64,000 bases of DNA from the human T2T-CHM13v2.0 reference genome, Homo sapiens (GCF_009914755.1 NC_060930.1); one strand, 5' to 3'; shown: positions 29,106 through 44,322, counted from the first letter of the stretch. Notes: a model not told the origin generated them from the letters alone. Program-made: numbers and translations.

Positions 29106-30046
29106 AAGAGGGTAAACGAACCTCCTTGGGTTCTTGCTAGAGAAAATAAGATTTCACTTGAGCTATGAAGTGACCACACATTTTAAGAGCTCCAGTTTTA
29201 GGTCTCTGACCCGCCACCCCACAGCTGGTGAGACTCAATCAAAAGAGCAATCTATTCTTTTGGATCTCTTCCCTCCCTTCAAACACAGGACAATGTTGTC
29301 GGTTCTGATTTTCCCATGGGTATCCTTATCTCCATCTAGGAAATTGGTTACAGGAAAGAAAAAATGTCAGGCCACCTTTGGCTATGTGTGTGTCTTCTCT
29401 TTGCATGTTCTGCAAAAGACTCATGTTTTTTGAAGAAAGAATAAATCTCAAATATTGAAACCAAAATATAACTGTTAAATGGCATAATGTCCATGGGTAG
29501 ACATCAGCAATGAACAAAATAGCCATGACACAGTCCTTCCCCTCGTGGCACTTACAGGGAATAAGATACTATTCTAGTAGTCAAAAGTGCAACAGTAGTC
29601 CCCTACTCACAGGAATGTAATTAAATGACATGATAGAGCATGGAAGAAAAACAATAGTGTGCTATGAAAATGTGTCACTGGGGGGCCTGGTCCTGGACAG
29701 ACAGTGGAGACTTTCCTAAGAGAGTGACATTGAACAAAATGACCAGGACTTTACTCTTTTTAGTGAGGAGTGAGCTGACGAGGACAAGAAAACAAATCCA
29801 GAGAGAGGAAATATCACGGGCACAGTGGCACGGGAGTGGCTGGAGGGAGAGAGTGGCTATGGTGCAACAGAATAAGATCCTCAGGAAAGGTGGAACCAGG
29901 ATGCCGCCTTGAGAAGCCACATGGTCTTTTCCCTAAGAGCAGTGGGAAACCTTGAGAGCTTTAACCAAGGGAATAATACAATAAAATTTTCATGCCTGTT
30001 GAATTATTTTGCTTACTTGATTGAATATTTAAAATCATTCACAATT

Positions 30047-30350
<304 letters not shown>

Positions 30351-30403
30351 TCACAACTAAGTAAAACCTTTTTTTTTTTTTTTTTTTAAAAAGTATTACA
30401 TTA

Positions 30404-30690
<287 letters not shown>

Positions 30691-31211
30691 ATTATTAAAT
30701 TATTTTTGATGGACAAATTATAATCGTATATATTTATGGAGTATGATATGATGTTTTCACACAATGTGGAATGATTAAATCAAGCTAATTAAGTAAAACC
30801 CTTAAAAAGAACAAAAAAGGTCATTCTGACAGCCAGGAGGAGGGGAGGTTGGGTGAATGGATGCAGATCTGTGGGAGGCGGCTGTAGGGTCTCAGAGAGA
30901 TAGGAGTAGATTGAGCTAGGAGTAGATGATGTTAGAAACAGAGATGAGAGGTTCAAAAGTTAATAGAGAGGTGATGGACTGGGTACAGGAACATGGAGAG
31001 GGACCAGCCGTGGAAAGGAGGAGTGAGGTGGTTTCCAGCGGTGGAAAGAGGGAGGAGTGAGGTGGCTTCCAGGAGTGAGCTGGGAAATCAGCCTGTGCCC
31101 ACTGCCAGCACACAGTCTACTGTTTGCCAGAGAAAGTCTCACTGGGGGCTCACTCGAAAGAAAGAGTGGGTCTACATCAGCTTTGAGTTTCCCTTAAGAT
31201 TTTGAAAACAG

Positions 31212-31730
<519 letters not shown>

Positions 31731-32274
31731 TTAATAAAGTCTGGTAAAAGGGCAAGTGGATATTAAAATTATTTTTCATATTCTTGTATCAAATTGCCAT
31801 TCTCTAGACGTTCCTATAAAAAAAGCTATAACAATTTAAATCTTCTTTATGTAATTTTTCTAAAAACTATAATTATTTCTATGCACCATAAGTCAATAAC
31901 AATTCAAATTATTCTTTAAATACATGATCAAACAACACGTCTGAAAAATCTTCTGATTCTTGTAAAAGTCTGAGTTAAATAAACACGAATATTCATATTA
32001 AAGCCGCTTAGTGTTTATTAATTGAACAGGCCATGGTGGCAGGCATTGGTTCAGGGGCTTGCATCTTAAACCGATTTTAAAATTCCTTGGCAGAGAACAG
32101 CGCAAAACGTCCACCTTCATCGTCCCCACCAGAACTTCCAAGTTTGTTTACTTGCTATTTTCTTGAGTCTTGAAGGAGGCATTGTTGCCATGACAAGGAA
32201 TTCTTTTTCTGTGTTTGTGCCCAGATATTAGAGAACAGCCAATATACAGAAGATACTAAATAGGAGCTCTGTAC

Positions 32275-32457
32275 CTGTAATGAAGTCTGCTGTTTGCAGA
32301 GAGCTTGCTCCAGGGCACACAAGTGTTGACTCAAAGAGAGTTGATCCGATTGAATAGCTGATGCTGCGGAAGCATCCACTTGTTGCTTCAGTTGCTCTCC
32401 CAGCTCATGGAGAACAAAGAGGGAATCTTTAACTGTGCCCAGTCCTTTGAGGAGGTC
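32275..32457 (-). CDS. SYNE1: SYNE1 exon, 183 nt (DLLKGLGT...QQTSLQ)
   Basis: ttctag|GAC...CAG|gtacag; ORF 32155..32379. Confidence 0.95.
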
Positions 32458-34114
32458 CTAGAAGAGGTGAAAATATGCCCACTCTGAAGCATGTTGATAC
32501 TCCTTATCATAAACAGCAATCGGCAAAGGGCTACACATGTAGAAACACACCATTCCTACGGATCATATTATTAGGCTAAATAAACTTCACCTGTGGAAAA
32601 ATGATCACGCACTGAACCCCATTTTTTAAAATGCTATGTTAATATTTTAAACATACATTATACACATATAACCTATGGCTATATATAATTACTCTTTTGT
32701 TAGTAAAAGCTATGTAGGTTCATTACAGGACCTTGGGGAAATGCAGAAAAACATACATAAACAAGAAAAAAAAAAAAAAAAAAACATGACCCAAGAGTAG
32801 AGCCAATAACTGGAAATATTTTGGCAGTTTTTTTCCTGCCTCTTTATGTAATTTGTATCAAATTGAAAACAAAATGTTATATTTTTCCTTTTTCTATTAT
32901 TATCATACACACCAGGAATTTGTCCGTGGTGTCTTCTATATGTGTGGTCACATTATTGCAAGTACAGCAACCTCCTATCTCAGTAGGGTACAGAACACAG
33001 TGATGATTTTGGTGAGCAGGGGGTGAGAGTAGCCTGTATTCCCATTCTTTTCCATGGGATCTCTTTGCCTCCACTTTCTGTGGGACCCTCCTACAGGTTA
33101 AAAAATATAAGCCAATGGAAACTCCCTGTTTCTGCTTTCTATCCTATCATTGAGAGATAATAAGTGACTGCTTCTTCTACCTGTTGCTGGTATCCCACTC
33201 AGTCATGTTATGCCTAGGCAGTGACTTCTGTGAGAGAAAGAAGAACAAAGGGCTCTTTACGCTTGACACAGATAACAGACAAGGTGTATTTCAATTCAGG
33301 AGTATTGAAAATGGCAGTTCTTGTACACACAAATTATGTGGATGAAAAAAGCACTGTATTATCTTTATTTTAAAATACCCATCTTTAGCTTTAAAGTGAT
33401 TATTCAGGTTGAAGATATTAGAATAGGTTAAACTTTTATTTACATAGTTTTTATAGCTTGCCTAATTCTAATAAACTGATTTGGAAAAGTTTATAAAAAG
33501 ATCCTCGTAACAAGCTCTTAAAAATAAAGACAAATAAGGACAAATAGTAAGAGCCATGTAATGCTTGAAACAAGAGAAGAGCTGTTCCTTAAACCCTTAA
33601 GTAGGTTATTGGCAGCTACAGTGAAAAAGAGAATTATTAAAAAGCCATTAAAAGAAGTATACCAGTAAATTAGGAGAGAAAGACTTCTTTCTACCATTAA
33701 TATCTTAGATGAAACTATTGTGTAGATGCTTACATAGGAGTTAATGAATGTAAATGGACAACATCTGGAACAAAAGATTTTTTAAAGATAGAACACTATT
33801 CCCCATATGGTCATGTCTTATATTGACCACCCTAGAAAACACAAAGAGCCTCAATCTTTCACATTGACTAAATTCCACTAGGAAAAATGGGAAAACAACT
33901 CATTTTAAAAAATAAAACAATGGGAGGAGACCTCTTAGTCTGATGCATGTGCACCTGTGTTCTGAAAATCAGGCAGGCTCTTTGATCCTAAGACAGTTAT
34001 TTTTGGGTAACTGTCTCACATAGAAAGACATACCAAAGCTTACACAGACCAAAAGCTAAACTTGGGCAGTCTAAGAAGGGCATGTGGGGAAAACAAGGTA
34101 GCTCCTGAACATAC

Positions 34115-34319
34115 GTTGCAATCTTGAATCCATGTGGCAACCTCATCATCGGCAATGTCCTTGTTTGTGGCTGCCTTCAACAGCTCATTGGTTCGATCCT
34201 CCTGCTGCTGAACTGTCGAAGCACACTGTTTGGAGTAGTCCTTGTATCTTTGCCAAAGCTGAAGTAGGGCCTTGCTGGACTGTAGCTGCTCAGCAATCTC
34301 TTCCAGCAAGTTATTCCAT
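34115..34319 (-). CDS. SYNE1: SYNE1 exon, 205 nt (R-WNNLLEE...WIQDCN)
   Basis: ttccag|A TGG...AAC|gtatgt; phase 2-0; ORF 34040..34339. Confidence 0.95.
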
Positions 34320-34698
34320 CTGGAAATAATAACCAACACTCATGAGCAGATTACCACCTCTCACCAAATGTTGATATGTGCTATTTTATTTTTCATGATC
34401 CTGGTTCATGTGAATATAGACATAATCATTTCTAGTTAACATAATAAAAATTAATGTTTCATATTCCTAGTTTCAGGGTAGGTAATGAGGATGATGGCAA
34501 TCTTTGGGTGTACAGTACTTCTAATTCTTTCTAAATCTCTTCACTACATTTATTTATCCTTAAATTCATGTTGTGAAAGAGAAGTTTAAAGGAATAGAAT
34601 CTATATAGCTCAAATTCAAACTGTCATTGTTTTAATTATATCATTATTTATAATAAGGCTGTGATATAAATAGTGTGTAAAGTTAGCATACTCCATAC

Positions 34699-34832
34699 CT
34701 CATGTTGACTTCTTTCAGTGTATTGGTAAGAGTTTCTGTCACGGGTGGGTGACACTCTTTTAATAATTGGTTGGTGATAGAGCCAAATTTCTGTAAGCTC
34801 CTTTCCTGTTTTTCCAGATCATCTTGGAGATT
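34699..34832 (-). CDS. SYNE1: SYNE1 exon, 134 nt (NLQDDLEK...KEVNM-R)
   Basis: gggcag|AAT...AG|gtatgg; phase 0-2. Confidence 0.93.
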
Positions 34833-35127
34833 CTGCCCCAAAAAAAAGACCCATAGATGACATAACAGGATCTAAATTCTAATAAGCAAGTTTAAAAGGA
34901 ATTTGTATATGTTTTCATAAATATGTACATATACTTGTATAAACCAGGCATGACTTAGCACCAATGCTTTATCAGCTTTCTTTAGATAATCATTTATTCT
35001 CTTTTTTAGGATTTTGTTATTTTGGCTATGAGAAGAGGTTCTGAGCAATGAAGCCTTCTTCTATTGGCATTTGCATTCTGCTGAAAAACTCACATAGGGC
35101 GCCCTTGTCCATTGTCTGGTAGGAAGC

Positions 35128-35596
35128 TGCCAGAGATGGTAAATTCCTCTTCAAAGGGTTTAATTGTGTAATGTCCTTGTCCTTGGTTCAGAGGCCTCAC
35201 CTCCTTGTACTTTCTTGTTTCTGGCCTGTGAGCAGCCCTCCTGCTCTTGTTGTGTCCTGACTTGCCCAGACATGTCCAAACTTGCCTTGTGCTGTAACAC
35301 AGGGACCACTCCTACCCCTCCCTCCCTTGAGAATCACATATTTACCCTAATTGGAAAAGTTTAAGTCTTAGCCAACTGGGGTCAGTTTAGATTGAGTGGT
35401 CCAACCCTAGCCAACAGGGGAAGGATGCAGGGATAGGGACTGCGTTAGGGATAAAAACTCCTTCTCTCCTTTGTTCAGTGTGCTCTTGCAGCAGCCAGAA
35501 GTGTGAGTGGCACCCTCCTGCAGAAGTAAATTTGCCTTGCTGAGAAATCCTTGAAGTGCTCATTTTCCTTGCTACCCCAAGCTCTTGTTTCTAACA
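35128..35596 (+). mobile_element. ERV1-type solo LTR (MER66-like; family uncertain)
   Basis: TG...CA ends, 4-bp TSD AAGC (35124-35127 / 35597-35600), TATA-like gataaaaa, agtaaa signal before U5-like tttgccttgctgagaaa. Confidence 0.72.
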
Positions 35597-35799
35597 AAGC
35601 CATGGCAATGGTGTTATGTAACGTGCTATCTGCCAAACTGTGGATCTCTTTGACACTCAAAGCCAAAGCCAGGTCTCTATTTTGTTACATACCCGCAGTG
35701 CTTCTACCACAAACTCCCGAAGATGAAGACTCTAAGAAGGCACAGCTTTGCCAAGCTTTATCTCTGGGTGTTCTTCCTTGCCAAGAATTATTTTTAACT

Positions 35800-36146
35800 T
35801 AAAAAAATGATTTTCAATTGACAAATAATAATTGTATGTATTTGTAGGGTACTATATGATGTTTTGATATATGTTTACATTGTGGAATGAATAAATTAAG
35901 ATAATTAACATATCATTACCTCACATACTTATCCATTTTTGTCTAGCAAAGTTGAACTCATAGAAGTAGAGAGTAGAATGGTAGTTACCAGGGCATGGGA
36001 TAAGGGATTAGATGGGGAAAAGAAAGATGTTGATCAAAAGGAACATAGTTTCAGCTACACAGGAGGGATAAGCTTTAGTGATCCACCGTACAGAATGGAG
36101 ACTATAATTAATAATAATGCACTGTATATGTCAAGATTGCTTAAAG
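35800..36146 (-). mobile_element. Short L1MA 3'UTR insertion with 5' inversion
   Basis: ~35800-35942 is the L1 3' end on minus; 35943-36146 is the preceding 3'UTR segment on plus. Confidence 0.78.
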
Positions 36147-36582
36147 CAAAGAATATTTATCAGACAGGTTTGGCATCTTCTACCAAGCCTATCTAAATAG
36201 TCTGCTACCAAGGACCAGTAAGGGAACTGAAAGAAAGTTGTTTCTCTGGAAATAGTGCTGAGGTGACAGACTCAGTTCTTCATAAAACTCCACAGGTGAA
36301 GTAGGCTACAAAAATCGAGTACTGTTTAACACCAATATCTGATTACCCTCAAATGAAAACAGTCAAGGAAAAGACCCTTAATCCTTTCATGTCTTAAGAC
36401 AGCTCTTGCAAGTATTAAACATAACATATATTAAATTAAAAAGCATTTCTAACCTCCTCAAAGTTATAAGATGTGCTTTTAAATTTACTATCCTCAGAAG
36501 AAGTTTTCGTGATCCTTAGTAACGACAATTTAAGGGTTAAGAAATTATATAGACAAATTTGTCCTTCCTCTCTTCCACCCTA

Positions 36583-36958
<376 letters not shown>

Positions 36959-37766
36959 CAGGCTGCATCTGAGGTCAGCAACATAGAAGCTTTGATTGGC
37001 TGGCCAGGGAGGCGGACTAGATATTAGCAGGGCACATGCTGGTCTCTTGTTGGCCTCCCATCCCTTAGGGGCCTGCCCTGCCCATCCCATAGTCTGTGTT
37101 CTTTAGCCAAGAAGAAAGAGCAGTGACAGGTGAGAGTGGCCCGGTGCACAGGAGAGTGGGGGCAGCAGGAATTTGAGGGCGGTGACCTGAGACAGGAGAG
37201 AGTGCTATGTTGAAGACAAACATCAGGGATATCATTTTACATGGACACAATGACAAAGGACCCACAGGAAACCAAGCAGTAAGTGCTAGAAAGGAAGATT
37301 CTGTGGACACGCTGGATAGGCCACTGATATTTTACTGAATGGAAGCAACTGAATGGTTTAAACATTTACCACTTTTGCCGTTTTTCTCTGTGTTTTCTTT
37401 TGAACATTCCTTAGAATATGTTTGGAGATGCAGATAAGAAGAGAAAAGGAAGACAAAAGGCAGTGACAATGAATCAAGGAGGTTCAGTTGGGCATAAAAT
37501 CATTGTATAAAAGACGATGTGAATATTTTTTTACAACAGGATCTTGGAAACCATTTAGTTATATACCAGCTAATCCAGAATTTGGCACACACAGGCAAGT
37601 TTGCTCAAGTAACAATAACACAGGTAAAATTAATTTTAAAGATCTTAAAAAATAATTAAACGTAAACAACATATGGCAATATTTCAGGATGATGTCTCCA
37701 TTTGGTAATTTTTCAGTTTTCTAAAATTAAAATGAACGTTAAGGATGTGTTAAATTAATTCCTTAC

Positions 37767-37937
37767 CTGAAGATTGTCCACCTGAACTTGCACAGCTTCT
37801 AAGGAGCCAGTCAGCAGACGGAATCGGGAAAGAGAGTATCTGGCCTCCATGAGGTAACTGTTTATCTTGTCAAAGGCCACTTTGTGACTACTCCATTGGT
37901 CAAGCACTGATTTCAGCAGTATCTTTAATTGTCCAAC
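37767..37937 (-). CDS. SYNE1: SYNE1 exon, 171 nt (VGQLKILL...QVDNLQ)
   Basis: caaaag|GTT...CAG|gtaagg; ORF 37755..38060. Confidence 0.95.
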
Positions 37938-38174
37938 CTTTTGAAAAAGACAAATATGGCTTATAATTTCATAATATCTAGAATGATGGAATATATATTC
38001 AATTGATGGGAAAATATTAACATCTAAGAACTTCATCAGGGTTTCAGGTATCATAAACAAACAAAACTAAAAAGAAAAAGATTTAAAAGGTAAAATGTAT
38101 CAACTTTGAAATTTATGCCTTCCACACTTTAAACACTCAGTTCTAAGTGGAAATGCTTAAAAGGGTAACTGATA

Positions 38175-38262
38175 AATATATATATATATGTATATATATA
38201 CATATATACATATGTATACACATATATATGTATATATATATATACATATATGTATATATATT
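38175..38262. repeat. (TA)n/(TATG)n microsatellite
   Basis: Direct reading. Confidence 0.9.
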
Positions 38263-38309
38263 TTTAAGTTATAAGAGGTTGATACTTTTAATAAAACAGT
38301 TTAAGAATT

Positions 38310-38495
38310 GTATTAAATGAGTGTTTCAAATGCATTAACTCATTTAATCCTCACAACACCTTATGAGATAGGTATGATCATTATCCCCATTTTATAGATG
38401 AGGAAACTGAGACACTAAGAGGTAATGAAAATTACCCAAGATTATACTGCTAGAATGTGAGAGATTTCAATTTGAATACAGGTAGTCAGGTCCCA
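38310..38495 (-). mobile_element. MIR
   Basis: atttaatcctcacaac...cccattttatagatgaggaaactgagacac. Confidence 0.85.
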
Positions 38496-38987
38496 GAAAG
38501 TGAAATCTATCTATAGCTATAACAATACCCATATCTATCTCACATATGCGCAAACACACACACACACGCGCACACACACACACACACTCAGATAAATATC
38601 TTAAGACAAAACATCTAAGATATTCCTTCCTCATAATTATTTATCTCTGTCAGAAAAGTGTTTAGCTTGGTTTGCATCACTTAGATACAGATATCCACTT
38701 TGTATATCTTTTGCCAGGCTGGAGACAGATGTTTGAGAATGATCTATTGCCATGGGAATGGATGAGATCATTAAGAGAGTAATGTTTAAAATAAAGGCTT
38801 ATTCTAGAAAACACCAGAAACTAGACTTTAAAAAAAAAAAAGAGGATAACGAAGTGGACTTAAAAGTACAAAGAGATAATGTATAGATTTGATTATTTCC
38901 TCTGCTACTTTAGGAAAACCAAAACCCAGAGTTTGGACAGAGCTGGCAAACACGGTCCTGGAGCTGGCTTTCTGTGAGCAATATTAC

Positions 38988-39143
38988 CATGTGATCTAAA
39001 TTTGCCCAGGTTTGGCCGAGCTCTCGCAGTGTGCTCATGACAATGCTAGAGACGTCTTCTTTCTTGTTCTGAATCAAAGCAAGTCCATTCTGCTCAATTT
39101 TCTCTACTTCTTTTTCTTTTGCTTTAATCAAATCTTCCAGATC
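38988..39143 (-). CDS. SYNE1: SYNE1 exon, 156 nt (DLEDLIKA...ANLDHM)
   Basis: tttcag|GAT...ATG|gtaata; ORF 38910..39131. Confidence 0.95.
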
Positions 39144-42100
39144 CTGAAAGATTTAAAAAATAGTCACTTTAAATTGTTCTATTATGGAACTCTGGGGTGC
39201 ACTGAAATTGGGCCATTATAGTTTCATGTCCTAAAAACCTTTTACTAATCCAAAAAGCTTATCTCTTTCAGAAGAGGCACGCCGCAGAAGTACTTCTTCC
39301 TACACTCAAATGCAAAAAAAAAGTCATCTTTTTACACATGGCAAATTAGCATAACTTTAAAAAAGTAAAATTTGATATTCTACCAGATAAGGAAATGGTA
39401 CTATGTAATTTTCTCAAGAGGCTGTGAGGAAAGAAATACATGTCAGAAACTGTAATATTATTTATATTATTAAGTTCATATATGTTGGTATTCAAAAAGT
39501 TACGCTGCCTACCTCATAGGAAGAAATGTGATCGAATGTGGTATTCTGGGCCCTAGTATCTGAGATTTAGTCACATTTCTACTACTATAAAGCTGAGTCA
39601 CTTTGGGTAGGTGAGAAATTTCTACTGGGTCTCAGTTTCTTCAGATGGGAAATCAGAAGACTGACTTCAGATGGGAAAAGATCATCTGTATGATCCTCTC
39701 TCTCTAAAATACTCTGAATTCTATGTGATTCTGAAAGGCTTCAGGCTTCTTTGATGAATCAAATCCTCATTTTATTTGGGATATGCATTCATAATTGTCA
39801 GTATAAAACGTTCAAGAATGAAAAGCAAAATGAAGAAAAGATCTGGAGCTCATACTGAACCTGTATCATAACCCTAATTTCTATTTTAATGCCATCTGAA
39901 AATTTGAGAAGCTCAGTGAAGCAGACTGAGACTGCTATCAACATTTTATAAATAAATAAATTGAAGATCAAGTCATCCGACCTGTCTTGGGTAAAAGAGC
40001 TGGTGAGGGATGGAGTGGGGATTAGAACCCAGTCTTTGGAGCCTATGGACTCCCAGCCTGATGCCAGAAGGAGTCGGCTGAACCTCAGACTGTGGAGGGA
40101 ATATAAATCCCATGTTGGGGTGATATGAAAAGCCAGGCATTAAGGCATGGTTACAGTCCCATATTCAGAAGTATACCCTCAGAACTAAAAGCAGATTTGT
40201 AGTTCTTGGAGATTCGAATGGAGAAAATTCCCAAATACTTTAACTTTGGATAACACCTCAATTGTATAAAAAATATTTTCACCCCCCTCATGATCCATAC
40301 ATGAGTAATAAGATTGAAATTGGATAGTGCTGCTGATAAGGTGTTAATGAGGAGTCCAGTCTCTGTTATATTAATTTCAAATGTCATGCCTCTTTAAAAA
40401 TAATTTTTGCCTCTTTTATTTCTGTTTCTATTATGGTTCAACTTGTTAATCTCTCTCTACCTCATTTTTAAAATAGTAATAATAAGACATTTTCTCCTTA
40501 CTCCAAGGAGATAAAATTAGGTAAATATATATAAAATATATTTTAAGCTGTCAAAAAGTAGCTAAATGCAAGATATTATTATGTTTAGCCATTTGGCAAT
40601 GTGCCATGTTTCAGTGCAAATTTATTTATTTTTCTCTATTGAATTATCATGAAGCTATTTTTGTTTTGGTTAATTAGTTAGACACTCACGCATTTGGCAG
40701 CTTAAAGTGATCATTTTTGTTTTTCATATTGTTCTCTTATTTCCACTCTATAATTTTGTCACTATTTTGACAGCTTTGATAATTACCAGAGAATAAATAT
40801 AGTGATTGCTGGGGTTACAGGTCCTTTGTGTAGTATAGGAAATATAATTAATTTACTATTTAGAACTTTTCTATTTCTGTAAAGAGATTAAAAGACCAGA
40901 AACAATCCTTCCAATATGTCTTTAATATGATTCTAAAATTCAACCATTAGAAATTGAGTTTATCCTCATTTTTCTATGATGTTAACTTTTTCTCAGTGAG
41001 GAATATTAAATGAATGTTCCATTGCTTAGAAACTATTTCTAAAATGCCCTGCACACGTATGTTGGTAGAAGAGCAAAACCCATGAGGGAAACAGGGCTGA
41101 AATATATATTTTATAAAAAATAAAGGTGTGTTTCCCTTGCTTTCAATAATAATTAAAAGATGATTCTGTTTCTGATCAAAAAGGGGAAAGGCCAAACCTA
41201 CCATTTTTAAAAACAATAAAACATTCTTAACTTCGATTAATTCATAAATATCAGTTTTATGTTGGTTTAAATTAATAAATCACCTATAAAAGACTGGGAA
41301 AATACTCAAGATTTTTAAAACAAAATAAAGCTGGAATCCAGTCACCGATTTAAGTATACTGGCTTGAATTTCACACTTTGGTCCAAAAAACAATTTCTCA
41401 AAAATGACAGTTGTATCAAGACCTGTAGTATAGCCAAATAGAACCTTCCAGTTAGGCCATTGTGATTTATTTATATGCGTTGTCCCAAAATAATTATATG
41501 GGCTACTTTCATTCTGTCTTTTGTTTCAAAGATATGACTTTTCATTTGAAATCATGAACCGGCATCAGTACAAAGTTCTTTCAACCACACTTTAAGCTTT
41601 CCCTCCTGACACTGTCTGACCTGGCTCTCTGAAAGACTAAAACTTAGGTCCTACACTTGGTAAAACATGGTCAAGCTGCTGCTATATTTTCCAGATGGTA
41701 AGGTGTCTCCGTGTTAAATAGAAGAAATGAACAGGAGAAGAAACAAAATGGAAAATGGCAGAAAAAGCTATGTTAAAGAGAAGAAAAAAATACTAAGAGA
41801 GAGAAAAAGTAAAGTATGGAAGAAAAGAAGTGGAAAAAATAAAAGAAAATGCAAATGGTATTAATGTGGTATTTCAGTCTTTCAACAGTAAAGTTTATCA
41901 CAACCATGCAACCAGAAGGTCCTCACTTTGCTAATTCTAATACGCAGAATTACCTTTCAAAATCAATGGATATGTTTTAATTTAGGAACTCAACAAAAGT
42001 TATGACATTTTGTCCTCAGAAGTAAAGAGCTGAAATTCTGGATTACTTGTAGATTTTTGAATTTATGGCCTAAATCAGAAATACCACTGGCCTCTAGAAA

Positions 42101-43297
42101 GTTGGAAATGCAATGAGACTAGCTGAGGCATGTTCTTCATCTTCAGTCTTTAAGCACCCATTTTCTGATGTGAGGCTTTTTTTTTATTAAATAAAAAAAC
42201 TATTATTACTTCAAGGTATTCTCTATACGATGTTTTTCTTTATCAATTTTATGCAGTCTCAAAATTGTAATCCATTAGCTGGGGAGCCAGCACTTCTCTT
42301 CCTTTTCAGAACCGAAAAGCTTTGATTAAGTGCTTAAATATACCTCTCTTTATATGTGTCCCAAACAGAAAACATGATGATTGGAAGAGAGATCATTACC
42401 AAAGTTCTTTCTTTCTGAAACCCGAAATAGAAAAACAAGATTTGCAGAGAGAAGCTTTTCTGTAGAATTACTTCACTGTTTAGTTTTCAATTGTTTTTAG
42501 GAAACACTATAAGGGAACAGTCATAATCTGTAACAATATATGAATTCATGAATTATTTTCAAAAATCTTATTACTGTATTAACTGCAATAGCTCACTTTT
42601 CTTTTGGGTACACAAGAAGACCTGTGGAAAGACTGTGTGTCCCTGAGTCACTGGAAAACATTTGGAATGTTACTGCTTCACCTGAACTTTCAATCCGCAT
42701 CCCTCAGAGTAGAACAAGCACACTCTGTGTACTTCTCCATGTGACAAAAAAGGAAGTAACATGGATACTTCCTATTAATTAATAATGGGATATTATTAAT
42801 AATTAATTAATAGGAATTCCACTGTGAAGTGCTTGTTCAGAGGAGGTGAACGGGAATCCAACTAAGCCTCTAGTGCTAACTTCCATTTATAGGACATACA
42901 GAGGAGAGAAGAACAAATTAAACATCTTAAGGACATTCATAGGCCAATCCTGAACATGGCACCCATCAACAGTTTCTGCGACAGGTTATGGTCTTAAAAA
43001 AATATTCAAAAGATTTAAGAGATCTAACAAGCAAATGTAGCATATGGATATTGTTTGCATCCTTATTTTGAATAAGTTAACATATAAAAGAAATTTTAAA
43101 GACAACCGAGGAAATAGGATTATGCGTTGAACATAAAATAATATTAGAAATTATTAAACTTTTGGTGGTGATAATAATATGGATGCATAAAGAAAATGTC
43201 TATTTTTCAAAGATATATATTGTATGTAAGAATAAAGTGACATGATGTCTGGTATTTACTATGATATCTATTTTAGAAAAAGAAATAATTTAGGCAA

Positions 43298-43512
43298 TTT
43301 TTTTTTTTCTTGGAAACAGGGTCTCACTCTGTCACCCAGGCTGAAGTGCCATGGTGTAAACATGGCTTACTGCAGCCTCGATCTCCTGAATTCAAGCAAT
43401 CCTCCCACCTCAGCCTCCTGAGTAGCTGGGACTACAGGGACAAGCACCACCACGTCTGGCTGATTTTTGTAGCTTTTTGTAGAGAGAGGGTTTCACCATG
43501 TTGCCCAGGCTG
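43298..43512 (-). mobile_element. 5'-truncated AluJ-like within an old L1 3' fragment (~42700-43630)
   Basis: Alu right arm and linker; surrounding diverged L1M-like sequence. Confidence 0.85.
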
Positions 43513-43808
43513 CAAATCTTGACAATTATTAAATCTGATGCTCAGTATACAGGGTTCATAGCATTTCTCTCTACTTACGAGTATGTTTGAAAATTTTCAT
43601 AATTTCAAATTTTTAAAAACGAGTGAAAAAAACCTAATGTATTTTAAAAAAAACCCTATAAACTCACAAAATCAGCAAAATTTGTTACTAAATGCAACTT
43701 TTAAATATTTAAAAAAATATTTAACTTGCAACTCTCAAGGCCTATAAACATATTAGCATACGCTATGAAATTGTGAGATGGTGCATGTTAGCCACCTGGA
43801 CAAGTTAC

Positions 43809-43964
43809 CTGACAGTCTTTCAGTGCATTTTGAACAGAAGCCTGATCTCCAATTCGATGCTGTTGTTTTAGTCTCTTTTCCTGGGTTTCAAACCATGTTT
43901 TCAGACATTGTACATTATTTTCATATTCTGACCAAGATTCCAATAAGCCTTCCAACAGCTGGAT
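43809..43964 (-). CDS. SYNE1: SYNE1 exon, 156 nt (IQLLEGLL...ALKDCQ)
   Basis: gttcag|ATC...CAG|gtaact; ORF 43788..43976. Confidence 0.95.
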
Positions 43965-44101
43965 CTGAACAAACACAATAAAATGAAATTTGCAACTTTA
44001 TTTTAATAAAATCAAATCATTAGCAGACTAATTATTCTAGCCAGTATTTTCTCCAAATTAAGAATTCTTAAAATACAGTTCATCGTATATATGATTTAAA
44101 A

Positions 44102-44322
44102 CAGGGGTGTCTAATCTTTTGGCTTCCCTGGGCCACACTGGAAGAAGAAGAATTGTCTTGAGCCACACATAAAATAAACGAACACTAACAATAGCCGACG
44201 ATCTAAAAAAAAAAAAAATTGCAAAAGAATCTCATAATGTTTTAAGAAAGTTTACGGATTTGTGTTGGGCTGCATTCAAGGCCGTCCTGGGCCGCATGCA
44301 GCCCGCGGGCTGGGCAAGCTTG
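44102..44322 (+). mobile_element. MER30 (hAT-Charlie non-autonomous element)
   Basis: CAGGGGTGTCTAATCTTTTGGCTTCCCTGGGCCAC...CAAGCTTG; 8-bp TSD atttaa(a/t)a. Confidence 0.9.

Noticed and set aside
36990-37200. CCAAT and GC-box-like motifs suggesting a promoter
   Set aside because: Isolated short motifs in probable repeat-derived DNA with no CpG island
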